64,000 nt of DNA, taken from assembly GCA_036845225.1 (NCBI GenBank), contig DAIUEJ010000007.1:6578-70577 (forward strand), written 5' to 3'. The first letter of the stretch is position 1. Each line of letters begins with the position of its first letter. The position numbers and the translations under genes were made by a program. The DNA is from Candidatus Anoxymicrobiaceae bacterium. Its GTDB lineage: Bacteria; Actinomycetota; Geothermincolia; Fen-727; Anoxymicrobiaceae. Positions 1 to 9,880 of this stretch are shown in pieces. The notes beneath the pieces were generated by a model. The model did not search any database, had not been told where the DNA came from, and saw only the letters and a list, made by a program, of their open reading frames with translations.

Positions 1-374
1 AACAGGGCGACCACCAGAACGACCTGCGCGAGCGCCAGCTTCCTGCACTCCTCGAACCTCGAGACCAGCCTCTGGAGCGCCAGCAACTCGCCGCCGTGGG
101 CAGCGATCACCAGCACGGTGAAGATCGCAGTGATGAGCACGACCTCGGGCGTGGACGTGGCGTCCTCCAGCAGCCTGAACGCGACCACGAAGCAGAACCC
201 GAAGTAGAGAAAAGTGGCCACTCCGGCCATCGAGATCCAGTTCGAGTACTCGTGGAAATCCTCCGGCTCCTCGAGCGTGCTGAACGCGCTCCGAAGCGCG
301 AACACGAGCGCGATCAGGACGAGGCCGAACAGCGAGGCCGATGCTTTTCCCAGCGCGGTGAATGCGTGCTGCAT
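1..374 (-). CDS. Hypothetical membrane protein (3' end runs off the window)
   Basis: ATG at 374, open frame to position 1 (MQHAFTALGKASASLFGLVLIALVFALR...); several hydrophobic segments; directly downstream of the acyl-CoA dehydrogenase. Confidence 0.6.
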   Translation of the reverse strand, partial: MQHAFTALGKASASLFGLVLIALVFALRSAFSTLEEPEDFHEYSNWISMAGVATFLYFGFCFVVAFRLLEDATSTPEVVLITAIFTVLVIAAHGGELLALQRLVSRFEECRKLALAQVVLVVAL

Positions 375-396
375 ATGTCACTTTCGATTGCCGGTT

Positions 397-1539
397 TTAA
401 AGCGCGGAGCTGATGATTATCCGCTGGATCAGGTTCGCGCCCTCATAGATGGACATGGCCTTGGCGTCACGAAGATATTTCTCGAGCGGCAGGTCCTTCG
501 AGTATCCTACCGCACCGAGCAGGTCCATTGCCTTACTGCACACGCTCTCCGCGGTCTCCGTTGCGTTCACCTTGCTCATGGATGACGCCTTCGTGGAGTC
601 CATCCCCTGGTCCGTGAGCCATGCCGCCCTCCAGGTGAGGAGCCTTGCGGCGTCAATCGCTGTCGCCATATCGGCGAGCATGAAAGAGACGCCCTGGTTA
701 TCGATGAGCAGCCTGCCGTACTGCCTTCGCTGGCGCGCATAAGACAGGGCCGCTTCGTAGGCGGCGCGTGCCAGACCGACCGAAATGGCGCCGAGGCACG
801 GCCTCGAAGTGTCCAGCGTCTGCATGAGGACGAGGAACCCTGTGCCTTCTTCTCCGAGGAGATTCCCCGCGGGGACCTCCACATCCTCCAGGACCAGCTC
901 AGCATTGCGGCTGGCGCGCAGGCCCATCTTATCCTCGGTCCTGCCGACCGACAGCCCGCTGGAATCGCCGTCCACGATGAAAGCGTTTATGCCGGCGTGT
1001 CGCTTCGAGGGGTCGGTGGTGGCGAAGACCACGTAGAAGTCCGCCAGCCCCGCGTTCGTTATGTAGTGCTTGCGGCCGTTGAGCACGTAGCTGTCGCCTG
1101 TCCTGACCGCGAGTGTCTTCATAGCGGAGATGTCCGATCCGGCCTCCGCCTCTGTGGAAGCGAGAGCGGCAAGCTTGCCCGCCGGCTCGCAAATGCGAGG
1201 GAGATACCGCTCTTTTTGTTCTTCACTGCCGACAAGCATGATGCTGATGACCGCGAGCCAGGTCGTCCCCGCGACCACCGTCATCCCGGCACAGCCTGCC
1301 CCCAGTTCCTCCGACACGATCGCTGCTGTAAGGTAGTCGACGCCCGCCCCGCCGTACTCCGCGGGGATGGGGAGCCCGAGCAGTCTCGCGTCGGCGAACC
1401 GCTGGACGATCCCCGGGTCGAAAAAGGTCTGTTCCCTTCGATCCAGTTCCGCCGCATACGGCTTCATCTGGTTCTCGGCGAACTCGCGCGCCGCCTGCTT
1501 GAAGACCGACTGTTCCTCGGTCAGGTTGAAACCGATCAT
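397..1539 (-). CDS. Acyl-CoA dehydrogenase
   Basis: Motifs ALASTEAEAGSD, LNGRKHYITN, KMGLRAS and IYEGANLIQR; GGAGG SD before ATG 1539; ATGA overlap with the upstream XRE gene. Confidence 0.93.
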   Translation of the reverse strand: MIGFNLTEEQSVFKQAAREFAENQMKPYAAELDRREQTFFDPGIVQRFADARLLGLPIPAEYGGAGVDYLTAAIVSEELGAGCAGMTVVAGTTWLAVISIMLVGSEEQKERYLPRICEPAGKLAALASTEAEAGSDISAMKTLAVRTGDSYVLNGRKHYITNAGLADFYVVFATTDPSKRHAGINAFIVDGDSSGLSVGRTEDKMGLRASRNAELVLEDVEVPAGNLLGEEGTGFLVLMQTLDTSRPCLGAISVGLARAAYEAALSYARQRRQYGRLLIDNQGVSFMLADMATAIDAARLLTWRAAWLTDQGMDSTKASSMSKVNATETAESVCSKAMDLLGAVGYSKDLPLEKYLRDAKAMSIYEGANLIQRIIISSAL

Positions 1540-1886
1540 TTCTGTCGATCCCTCCTCCACTTCATGTAGTCGAGGAGTTGCACCCGCTCCTCCTGGGAAA
1601 GCTCCGAAAGGAGCCCGATTATTCCGGACGTGACCTCATCAGTGGAGTCCACCCGCGTCGCGGCTTCCCCGTCCGCCGGCTTCTCCTCTTCCATGAAATA
1701 GCTCAGTGGACGGCCCAGCACATTGGCCAGCTGCTCGAGGTTGGCGAGGTACAGGCGCCGTTTTCCCAGCTCGTAGTTAGATAGAGCCGATTGCGTGATG
1801 CCCAGTGCTGAAGCCAGTTCTTCCTGGGAGAGGCCTGATTCCTCCCTGGCTTTCTGTATTCGCTTGCCGATATCCCGGTATATCAA
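1536..1886 (-). CDS. XRE-family HTH transcriptional regulator
   Basis: IGKRIQKAREESGLSQEELASALGITQSALSNYELGKRR is a classic HTH_3 pattern; TTG start. Confidence 0.9.
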   Translation of the reverse strand: MIYRDIGKRIQKAREESGLSQEELASALGITQSALSNYELGKRRLYLANLEQLANVLGRPLSYFMEEEKPADGEAATRVDSTDEVTSGIIGLLSELSQEERVQLLDYMKWRRDRQK

Positions 1887-1955
1887 CTTGCTCCACCCCG
1901 ATTGCGTCTCTGCTGCAATCCTACACGCGGGGCCATCTGATTACAACAGTATGTC

Positions 1956-1984
1956 TTGACAGTAATGACGTAACGTCATAAGAT
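1956..1984 (+). promoter_or_regulatory. Sigma70-type promoter for the 2086 gene
   Basis: TTGACA (1956-1961), 17-bp spacer, TAAGAT (1979-1984). Confidence 0.7.
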
Positions 1985-2005
1985 TTATATGACAATATGT
2001 CATAT
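1965..2005. promoter_or_regulatory. Two palindromic operators, ATGAC-N5-GTCAT
   Basis: ATGACGT-A-ACGTCAT (1965-1979) and ATATGACA-ATA-TGTCATAT (1987-2005), overlapping the promoter, in the divergent intergenic region next to the XRE gene. Confidence 0.7.
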
Positions 2006-2085
2006 CGGCAGTCGGAACGATTGCGAAGGGAGGGTTTCCAATGGGTAGCGCCGGCTTGCACACGCGGGATCTTAACTCGGAGGTC

Positions 2086-2595
2086 ATGGCCGAGATCGGC
2101 GCCGTTCCCGGCGCCGAGATTCGCGAACTCCTCGCGAAGGGCCGGTACTCGTGTGAGTCGAGATGGATGATGGCGATGGTGGCGGCGGCCGGATGGGACA
2201 AGGCAAACGAGATGAACCGGCAGGTAGCCTCTGACGTCGGCGAGGGTGAGATGCACAGGCTCATGGAGCTCATGCGATGGGACACACAAAAGAGCAGCGA
2301 CGAGTTCATGCTGATGACCATGACCGCCGTTGAACTGTTTCTTCCGAAGAAGTACTTCGACTACGAGTTCAAGGTGCTCGGGGAAGGAAAGCTGACAAGT
2401 GTGATCTACAGCTGCCTTGCCTGCACCAAGGTGGTGAGCATAGGCGTAGAACATTTCTACCAGTGCGGTTGCATGGCCATGCGGGCCGGTTGGTACAAGG
2501 CGATGGGCATCGAGGTCAAAGAGACGCTGCTGGAATGCATGATAGATGGTGACGAGAAGTGCGAGATCCTCATCGAACCGCGAGGGATCTCATGA
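2086..2595 (+). CDS. V4R-like / L-2-amino-thiazoline-4-carboxylate hydrolase-like protein
   Basis: GGAGG SD before ATG 2086; Cys pattern CLAC...CGC...ETLLECMIDGDEKCEI matching the C-terminal V4R-type signature. Confidence 0.65.
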   Translation: MAEIGAVPGAEIRELLAKGRYSCESRWMMAMVAAAGWDKANEMNRQVASDVGEGEMHRLMELMRWDTQKSSDEFMLMTMTAVELFLPKKYFDYEFKVLGEGKLTSVIYSCLACTKVVSIGVEHFYQCGCMAMRAGWYKAMGIEVKETLLECMIDGDEKCEILIEPRGIS

Positions 2596-2624
2596 TGCGC
2601 GGCTCCAGAGAGAGGGTGGAGGAC

Positions 2625-2816
2625 ATGACGATTGAATACTCTTCAAAGGCAGGAGGAACGTCGAGTTCGGACGCCGACAAACGTGTCGTTCAACCGGCTT
2701 CAGGCGCGAAGCACGGAAGCGCTGTTCCGAACGGGGTCATTCTCAAAAGGAGCAACTGGTCGAAGTTCCTCACCGGAACGGCCGTGGCGCTCCCGGCGCA
2801 GTTCCAGAGGCGTTGA
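2625..2816 (+). CDS. Possible small hypothetical protein
   Basis: GGAGGA SD immediately before ATG 2625; 63 aa; no family recognised. Confidence 0.3.
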   Translation: MTIEYSSKAGGTSSSDADKRVVQPASGAKHGSAVPNGVILKRSNWSKFLTGTAVALPAQFQRR

Positions 2817-2973
2817 AGTCCGCCTGGCGATGACCGAATGGCGAACGCTATCATAAGGTCTTTTGCGACACTTCCCTGCCAGGATGCGTTTCTTCGATTC
2901 GGAGGGTATGAGGGAGGGTTCGGTGGGAAGGACTTGAATATGCAACTACTCCCATCGACCAAGGAGAAATGTC

Positions 2974-3450
2974 ATGCCGGACACTGAGCTTACTATCGAA
3001 CCCGGAAAACACAACCTCGTCATCACGCGTGTCTTTGACGCCCCGCGCGACCTCGTGTTCAAGACGGTAACCGACTCGAGCCTCATCCCTCAGTGGTGGG
3101 GACAGAGCAACCTCACGACCACGGTCGAGAAGATGGAAGTGAAGACCGGCGGCGTCTGGCGGTACGTCCAGCGCGACCCGGCGGGCAACGAGTTCGCGTT
3201 CAACGGCGTCTATCACGCGGTCGTACCTCCCGAGCTGCTTATCTATACTTTTGAATTCGAAGGTATGCCGAACCACGTGATGCTTGAAACCGTGACCTTC
3301 GAAGAACAGGACGGCAAGACCAGGATGATCGATACCCCGGTCTTCCAGACGGTCGAGGACCGCGACGCGGCGCTCGCCTCAGGGATGGAGCAGGAGGCTT
3401 CCGAGTCCACAGACCGTTTTGCGGAAGTGCTGGCCAAATCCGAACAGTAG
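2974..3450 (+). CDS. SRPBCC / AHSA1-like domain protein
   Basis: LVITRVFDAPRDLVFK...LIPQWWG...GGVWRYVQ...PELLIYTFEFE. Confidence 0.9.
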   Translation: MPDTELTIEPGKHNLVITRVFDAPRDLVFKTVTDSSLIPQWWGQSNLTTTVEKMEVKTGGVWRYVQRDPAGNEFAFNGVYHAVVPPELLIYTFEFEGMPNHVMLETVTFEEQDGKTRMIDTPVFQTVEDRDAALASGMEQEASESTDRFAEVLAKSEQ

Positions 3451-3570
3451 GGCTCGGGAGTCTCGAACTCCTTTATGTGCCCCTCAAGAGACCACTTGAA
3501 CCGGCCTTGTTTTCGTGGAACTATCGACTGGTGTCCGTGAGGTAAGAGGCATCACAACGAGGTGGCAGAC

Positions 3571-4797
3571 ATGATGGCAATAAGGTTCAACGCGTCGATA
3601 CCGCGTTACGCGTTCACGAAGGCCGCGGGGCGCCTCCGGCAGGCCGCATACTATAGCGGGCCGTTTTCCACGACCTTCATGGACGACATCCCCGAGCCGC
3701 AGCTCCCCGGGGAGGACTGGGTCAAGATACGCACAGTGTACGGGGGCGTCTGCGGCAGCGATATCAACCTCATCTTCCTGAAAGACTCCCCTTACTCCGA
3801 GCCGTACACGACAATGCCTCTCACCATAGGGCATGAGAACGTTGGGGTTATCGCGGAGGCAGGTGGGCAAGTCGAAGGGTACTCCGTGGGAGACCGCGTC
3901 GTCGCCGACCCCATGCTGCCCTGTGCGACCAGAGCCATCAGCCCGCCTTGCGAGAACTGCGCCAGGGGTGACTTCTCCCAGTGCCTCCGGATGCGAGACG
4001 GCTCCCTGTCCGCGGGGTTCTACACGGGCTTCACGGGCGCTTCGGGCGGGTCCTGGAGCGAGTACTTCCTGGCCCACAAGAGCCAGTTGCTGAAAGTCCC
4101 CGACCAGATGACCGATGAGCAGGCCCTGATGCTCGAGGCGTTCACCATCCCGTTGCACGCCATTATGCGAAACCTTCCCGAGCCGGGCCAGACCGTCCTT
4201 GTCTACGGCTGTGGAGTCATCGGAATGCTGTCAGTCGCGAGCCTGAAGGCACTCGTCCCTGAGTGCCGGGTGGTTGCTATCGCACGGTATCCGTTCCAGG
4301 CAGAGGTGGTTCGAGGCTACGGCGCAGACGAGGTCATCATGCAGCGAGAAGTGGACGATATCTATCATGCGGTTGCAGGCCTCACCGACGCCCAGGTCGT
4401 GAAACCGATGATCGGCGGGTGCTACCTGAACGGCGGGCCGGACGTGGTCCTCGAGTGCGTGGGGAGCCCGCCGACCCTCGACGATTCACTGCGCATGACG
4501 AAGTCCGGCGGCACGGTGGTCTTGATAGGCCTCGTCAGCTTCGCGCCCCGGGTCGATTGGACCCCGATCTGGTTCAAGGAGCTGACCGTCACCGGTTCCT
4601 TGTGCTCCTCGTCCGACAGCTACCAGGGCAGGACGATGAAGACTTTCGAGTGGGCCAGGGACCTGATCGCCGGCGGGACCGTGCAGGTGGACCACCTGCT
4701 CACCCACGCCTGGAGACTGGACGAGTACGAGTCCATGATCGACACGGCGCTCAGCAAAGGCAAAACAGGGTCGATTAAGCAGACTTTCCGGTTCTAA
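3571..4797 (+). CDS. Zinc-dependent MDR-family alcohol dehydrogenase
   Basis: GVCGSD and GHENVG zinc motifs, structural-Zn Cys cluster (PC...PCENC...C), VLVYGCGVIG Rossmann motif. Confidence 0.9.
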   Translation: MMAIRFNASIPRYAFTKAAGRLRQAAYYSGPFSTTFMDDIPEPQLPGEDWVKIRTVYGGVCGSDINLIFLKDSPYSEPYTTMPLTIGHENVGVIAEAGGQVEGYSVGDRVVADPMLPCATRAISPPCENCARGDFSQCLRMRDGSLSAGFYTGFTGASGGSWSEYFLAHKSQLLKVPDQMTDEQALMLEAFTIPLHAIMRNLPEPGQTVLVYGCGVIGMLSVASLKALVPECRVVAIARYPFQAEVVRGYGADEVIMQREVDDIYHAVAGLTDAQVVKPMIGGCYLNGGPDVVLECVGSPPTLDDSLRMTKSGGTVVLIGLVSFAPRVDWTPIWFKELTVTGSLCSSSDSYQGRTMKTFEWARDLIAGGTVQVDHLLTHAWRLDEYESMIDTALSKGKTGSIKQTFRF

Positions 4798-4832
4798 GCG
4801 AAAAAGAGCCTGAAACTCTTATGACCACCCGG

Positions 4833-5741
4833 CTAGGCGTCTGGCTCAGTATCAAACGGCTCCGTCACCAGCTCGGCCGTGCTCCCGGCAGTCCGTAGCC
4901 GCAGGAGAAGGATTCCCGCCGCGATGATCAGCACGGCCCCGACCAGGTCCTGCCAGTTGGGGGTCTCACCGAGCACGGCGAAGCCCAGGACCAACGCGCT
5001 GACCGGCTCTATATAGGAGAGCAACGCCGCGTCCTGTGCCTTCACACGCTTGAGCGCATAGATGTATGCGAGGCTGGCGCCGCCGAAGCTCACGGTCCCG
5101 AACACCACGATCGCAGCCCATGCTTTTGGCGTGACCAGCGCGGTCGACGGGATGGCAAACGCCGCGACGGCAACCGCGGCGACCCCGTTGGTCCAGACCC
5201 CGATCGTCAGAGGCGACATCGTCTCGCGCAGCTTCTTCCACGCGATCATCAACAGCGCCCACAACACGGCCGACCCGAAGGCGAACGCCAGTCCCCGCGC
5301 GCTCGCGTGAGCCGCGCCGCCGACCTGGCCCCAGGACATGATGGCGGTTCCGCCCAGCGCTATCGCCAGGCAGAGCCAGGTGCTCCGCTCGGTCTTCTCC
5401 TTGAGGAGGTAGGGAGCCAAGACCGCGATCAGCACCGGGAAGAGATAAAGGATGAAAGTCGCGACTCCGATCGGCAGCAGGTCGTACGCCTTGAACACGC
5501 ACATGGCGAAGGCCGCAGTCATCAGGCCGCTTGCGATCAGCAGAGGGGCCTGGCCGCCGGGCTTGAAGTCCCGGGTCCTCCTCATGGCGAGGATGACCAG
5601 CGAGTAGAACGCGACGGCGAAGCAGGAACGCCAGAAGACGAGCACCTGTTCGTGGCCCGCCAGGTGCGTCCAGCGAACGAAGACCCCGCTGGCCCCCCAC
5701 ACCGCCGGCGCGAGACATATCAGCGCGTACTGGAGCGCCAT
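4833..5741 (-). CDS. EamA/DMT-family transporter
   Basis: About 10 TM segments, YLFPVLIAVLAPYLLKEK and YIEPVSALVLGFAVLGE motifs; start uncertain. Confidence 0.88.
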   Translation of the reverse strand: MALQYALICLAPAVWGASGVFVRWTHLAGHEQVLVFWRSCFAVAFYSLVILAMRRTRDFKPGGQAPLLIASGLMTAAFAMCVFKAYDLLPIGVATFILYLFPVLIAVLAPYLLKEKTERSTWLCLAIALGGTAIMSWGQVGGAAHASARGLAFAFGSAVLWALLMIAWKKLRETMSPLTIGVWTNGVAAVAVAAFAIPSTALVTPKAWAAIVVFGTVSFGGASLAYIYALKRVKAQDAALLSYIEPVSALVLGFAVLGETPNWQDLVGAVLIIAAGILLLRLRTAGSTAELVTEPFDTEPDA

Positions 5742-5918
5742 ATTGTCTTGCTTCTTCTCGGTCAAAGCGTCTCCGTTCCGGTTCGCTGCCAGCATTCCGG
5801 GGGACAAGGATTCCAGGCCACTCTGAGTGCCGGGTTCACAGACCGCAGCGGGACTCAGTATATATAATGCGGATAGCCGGATGTCCTTCTTATGTGCCGC
5901 ACCGAAGGAGTTGATCAG

Positions 5919-6971
5919 GTGAGCAAGGACGCCTCAGGCTCAGGAGAGGATAAGCCCGTCCGACTTCACCGGTATCGTGGTCAGCATGTGAAGGCCAGAA
6001 CGGCGGGGCCTGCCGAGGATCGCATAGCTCTCATCCCCGGCCTGCAGTACAGGCCGCAGGAGCTCAATCTCTATTCCGAAGTAGACCCGCTCAGGGAGAA
6101 CATCCGACCCTTGAGAGGCGCGCGCGCCCTCAGCTATGTCGCTGTTCACCACAAGCGGGAGATGGTCACGGAGATAATGCCAACGGCGCCGGCGCTCGCC
6201 TACATGGAACTGGCACAGAGCATTGTCGATCGCCACCTGGTGAAAAAACACTCGGGAGAGCCCCCGGAAGCCGCGCGATTGAAAGCCGACATCAAGCAGT
6301 ATGCCGCGGCGCTCGGCTTCGCCCTCTGCGGTGTGACGAAGCTTGACCGACGGTTCGTGGTGGAAGGGATGGACTCAAGATTCCCGTATGAGACGGTGGT
6401 GGTCCTCGGGATGGAGATGAACAAAGATTTTCTTCTGCAGGCGCCGAACTACTGTCTCCGCCGCTACCCCGACTACGATGTTTACCGGAGGGGAGGCAAC
6501 CAGGTCCACAGAGTCGCCAACTTCATCCGCCGCCGGGGGGTGTCTTGCTCGGCACGGGTCCCGTTCAACGGGGCGGCCATCTACCCGGTGCACGCCATCA
6601 CGGCCGCCCTCGGCGAGCTCGGGGCCTTCGGCGGCGTGCTGACACCTCAGTTCGGCCCGCGCCAGCGCTGGTGCATGATCGCCATCGACTCACCGCTCCC
6701 CGTGGATGAGCCTGCACGAACCGGGCTCGCTGATTTCTGCGAGAATTGCCTGCTGTGCGTCAGGAAATGCCCGGCGGGAGCCATACCCGAAGAGCCCTTG
6801 TGGTGGCGCGGGGTCTACAAGCGCAAGATCGACGACCTGAAGTGCTTCACGTTTTTCACCTCGTGGCACACGTGCGCGATATGCATCAACGTCTGCCCCG
6901 TTGCACCGGTACCCGACAGCGTCAGTGCTCGAACATTTCGAGACGACCGGCGAGGTGATGGGCTACGATGA
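5919..6971 (+). CDS. Reductive-dehalogenase/QueG-like cobalamin- and 4Fe-4S-binding protein
   Basis: AITAALGELG...LTPQFGPRQR, FCENCLLCVRKCPAGAI and KC-x9-CAICINVCP; no TAT signal seen. Confidence 0.75.
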   Translation: MSKDASGSGEDKPVRLHRYRGQHVKARTAGPAEDRIALIPGLQYRPQELNLYSEVDPLRENIRPLRGARALSYVAVHHKREMVTEIMPTAPALAYMELAQSIVDRHLVKKHSGEPPEAARLKADIKQYAAALGFALCGVTKLDRRFVVEGMDSRFPYETVVVLGMEMNKDFLLQAPNYCLRRYPDYDVYRRGGNQVHRVANFIRRRGVSCSARVPFNGAAIYPVHAITAALGELGAFGGVLTPQFGPRQRWCMIAIDSPLPVDEPARTGLADFCENCLLCVRKCPAGAIPEEPLWWRGVYKRKIDDLKCFTFFTSWHTCAICINVCPVAPVPDSVSARTFRDDRRGDGLR

Positions 6972-7100
6972 GATACTGGCCGAGAGGTCGGTCTATAGAG
7001 GCAAGTAGGCTCAGGACTTTCTCGTATTGAGGGAATTCGGGCCGGACTCTCGAACTTGTTCTTCGAGAACGGCACATCGGCATCTTCCGCATCCGGGGGT

Positions 7101-9728
7101 ATGAACACCGTGGCAGTCGCCTCAGACGACGAACGACGCGCGATCGAGAAGCTAGAAGCGACCAATGCCGGAGCCGGCCTGTCTTCCGGCGAGGCTGCGG
7201 CAAGGTTGGCCGCCTTAGGGCCCAACCGCCTGGTGGAAGAGCGTCGAATAACCTTCCTTGCCATCCTCTGGGAAGAAGTGCGCGAGCCCATGATTCTGTT
7301 GCTCTTCGTCGTCGCCATCTTCTACAGCATCTGGGGACAGCTCCAGGACACCATAACGATCGTCGTAGTCATCGCTCTGCTGATCCTCGCGGAGGTGCTG
7401 AACGAGTTCAGGGCGAAGCGGGCCATAGCGGCTCTACGGAAGTTGTCCTCCCCGGAAGCGCCAGTGATTCGTGACGGTGAGTTTCGCCAGATACCTACCG
7501 CCGACCTCGTCCCTGGCGACCTGCTTCTCCTGCGGGTTGGTGAAAGGATCGGTGCCGACGCGCGCCTCATAGATTCGGCGGGCCTGGAGGTGGACGAGTC
7601 CACGCTCACTGGCGAGTCTTTCCCCGTCGGGAAGGACGAGCGGGCGAAAGTCCCGGAAGATGCGCCGCTTGGCGACCGAGTGGCTTCGGTGTTCGCGGGG
7701 ACAGTTGTCACCAGGGGAAAAGGGCGGGCCGTCGTCACCGCGACCGGCATGGACACCGAGCTCGGCCACATCGCCGGGTTGACCCGTGCCGTGAAAGAGC
7801 CCAAGACAAGACTGCAGCTTGCAATGAAGCAACTCGCAGGCTGGCTGGTCTGGGTGGCAGTGGGCTTCAGCGTTGTGATACCGGCAATCGGGATCGCGCA
7901 AGGCAAGCCCACGAAGACGATGATCCTGACCGGTCTGGGGCTGGCCTTTGCGACCATCCCGGAGGAGCTCCCGATTGTGATCACCATGGTGCTCGGGCTC
8001 GGCTCCCTGCAGCTCTCCCGGCATAACGCCCTGGTGAAGAGGCTGCGTGCGGCCGAGACACTCGGCAGTGTCACGGTGATCGCGACGGACAAGACGGGCA
8101 CGCTGACGGAGAACAGGATGACGATCAAACACCTGCTCACCGCATCCGGGTCGCAGGACTTCGCAGACAAACCTGTTACGCCGGTCGCTCGCAAGATGCT
8201 CGAGATCGGGGTCCTGGTGAACGACGTCGAGGCAACGGACGAAGGCGGAGGCCAGTCGCTGGTCGGTGACCCCATGGAGGTCGCCTTGATAGAGGGCGCC
8301 GAGGGCGCCGGGGTCACCGCGGCCGGCATCCGTTCCCGCTTCAAGATAACGGATGACTTCGAGTTCGATACGCGGCGCAAGGTCATGTCCGTGGTTGTGG
8401 ACTCCGACTCCAGGCGACAGGTGATGCTCAAGGGCGCCCCGGAGTCAGTGATTGACAGGTCAGTCGAGATCCTCGAGGACGATGGCCCCAGGCGCCTCGA
8501 GCCGGCGGAGCGGGAGACTATTATGTCGGAGATCGACGCCATGGCCGCCGAGGGTCTTCGGGTGGTCGCCTTCGCCAGCAAGGACCTGGCGCCTGGATTG
8601 CACCCGTATCGAGACGAGGCGGAGACCGGCCTGACTTTCGTGGGGGCAGCCGGTTTCTTCGACCCGCCACGGTCCGACGTCCCCGAGGCGGTCCGCGCAT
8701 GCAACACGGCGGGGATTCGCGTGATGATGATAACCGGGGACCACGCGTCGACGGCTGCTGCGGTGGCCAGGGAGATCGGGCTGGCATTCGATGATGGGGT
8801 GGTGACAGGCGCGGAGCTCGACGCGATGGACGATGAAACGCTCCGCGAGACGGTGGACACCAGGTCCGTTTTTGCTCGCGCGACGCCCGAACACAAGCTG
8901 CGGATAGTACGGGCTCTCCGTGAGAACGGCATGACGGTGGCAGTGACAGGCGATGGGGTGAACGACGCCCCCGCGTTGAGGGAAGCCGACATAGGCGTGG
9001 CGATGGGCGCGACGGGCACGGACGTTGCGAGAGAAGCCGCGGACATGATATTGACAGACGATAATTTCTCGACCATCGCCTATGCAGTCGGCCAGGGGCG
9101 GAAGCTCTTCGACAACCTCAGCAAGGGCGTGCGCTTCTACCTGGCGGTAAAGGTAGCCCTCGTTCTCATCTTCATCGTGCCGACCATCCTGTCCCTGCCC
9201 TTCCCCTTCGCACCGATCCAGATAGTGATTCTCGAGCTGTTCATGGACCTCGCCGCGTCGGCTTCTTTCGTCGCCGAGCCTGCCGAGAAGAGGATCATGT
9301 CGAGACCGCCGCGCGATCCTGCCGCAAGGTTCATGGACAAACCCATGCTGGAGACCATCGCCGCCGGAGCGATCTCCCTCTTCGCCGCGGTCACAACCGT
9401 CTATCTCCTGGCATATTACATAGTGGGCGGGCCCAAGACAGCGGGTTCTGCCGCATTTGCCACGTGGATGATAGGGACTGTGGCTCTGGCCTACAACACG
9501 AGGTCGAGAGAGCCACTCGCTTCAATCGGGTTCCTCACGAACAAGGTCATGGTCGCCTGGAGCGTCGCATCGATAGGGTTCCTAGTGCTCGCGATCAATA
9601 CACCGGGCCTTCAGGACGCGTTCAAGCTGACGGCTATTTCAGGGGCGCTGTGGGGGCTGGCAATCGGGGCCGCGTTGCTCTTCACTTCCTGGCTGGAACT
9701 CCTCAAGCTGGTCACTGCCAGGTCATGA
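7101..9728 (+). CDS. Cation-transporting P-type ATPase (type II-like)
   Basis: TGES, PEELP, DKTGTLT, MITGD and TGDGVNDAPAL motifs. Confidence 0.95.
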   Translation: MNTVAVASDDERRAIEKLEATNAGAGLSSGEAAARLAALGPNRLVEERRITFLAILWEEVREPMILLLFVVAIFYSIWGQLQDTITIVVVIALLILAEVLNEFRAKRAIAALRKLSSPEAPVIRDGEFRQIPTADLVPGDLLLLRVGERIGADARLIDSAGLEVDESTLTGESFPVGKDERAKVPEDAPLGDRVASVFAGTVVTRGKGRAVVTATGMDTELGHIAGLTRAVKEPKTRLQLAMKQLAGWLVWVAVGFSVVIPAIGIAQGKPTKTMILTGLGLAFATIPEELPIVITMVLGLGSLQLSRHNALVKRLRAAETLGSVTVIATDKTGTLTENRMTIKHLLTASGSQDFADKPVTPVARKMLEIGVLVNDVEATDEGGGQSLVGDPMEVALIEGAEGAGVTAAGIRSRFKITDDFEFDTRRKVMSVVVDSDSRRQVMLKGAPESVIDRSVEILEDDGPRRLEPAERETIMSEIDAMAAEGLRVVAFASKDLAPGLHPYRDEAETGLTFVGAAGFFDPPRSDVPEAVRACNTAGIRVMMITGDHASTAAAVAREIGLAFDDGVVTGAELDAMDDETLRETVDTRSVFARATPEHKLRIVRALRENGMTVAVTGDGVNDAPALREADIGVAMGATGTDVAREAADMILTDDNFSTIAYAVGQGRKLFDNLSKGVRFYLAVKVALVLIFIVPTILSLPFPFAPIQIVILELFMDLAASASFVAEPAEKRIMSRPPRDPAARFMDKPMLETIAAGAISLFAAVTTVYLLAYYIVGGPKTAGSAAFATWMIGTVALAYNTRSREPLASIGFLTNKVMVAWSVASIGFLVLAINTPGLQDAFKLTAISGALWGLAIGAALLFTSWLELLKLVTARS

Positions 9729-9848
9729 TGTGCTTGCCAGCTCCACAAGGATTCGCGTGACGTCCTCTGACGTTCGCAGGTCATCCCGCGACACGATCTC
9801 TATGCCGTTCTCCTCGAGGACCCGCAGTGGCCGGCTTTCGGCGAGCCA
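9723..9848 (-). pseudogene. Possible headless 3' gene remnant
   Basis: Frame WLAESRPLRVLEENGIEIVSRDDLRTSEDVTRILVELASTS* starts right after the TAG in the repeat arm (9849-9851); no start codon. Confidence 0.35.
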
Positions 9849-9880
9849 CTAAACTTCTTGGGGTCAGACCCCTTTTTGTA
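9849..9880. repeat. GGGGTCAGACCCC palindromic element
   Basis: CTAAACTTCTT-GGGGTCAGACCCC(9860-9872)-TTTTTGTA. Confidence 0.9.

Noticed and set aside
7322-9076. Long antisense ORFs (also 11326-12438, 16600-17622, 33237-34883, 36750-38729, 58965-60203)
   Set aside because: Shadow frames expected at high GC opposite well-supported genes; no motifs.
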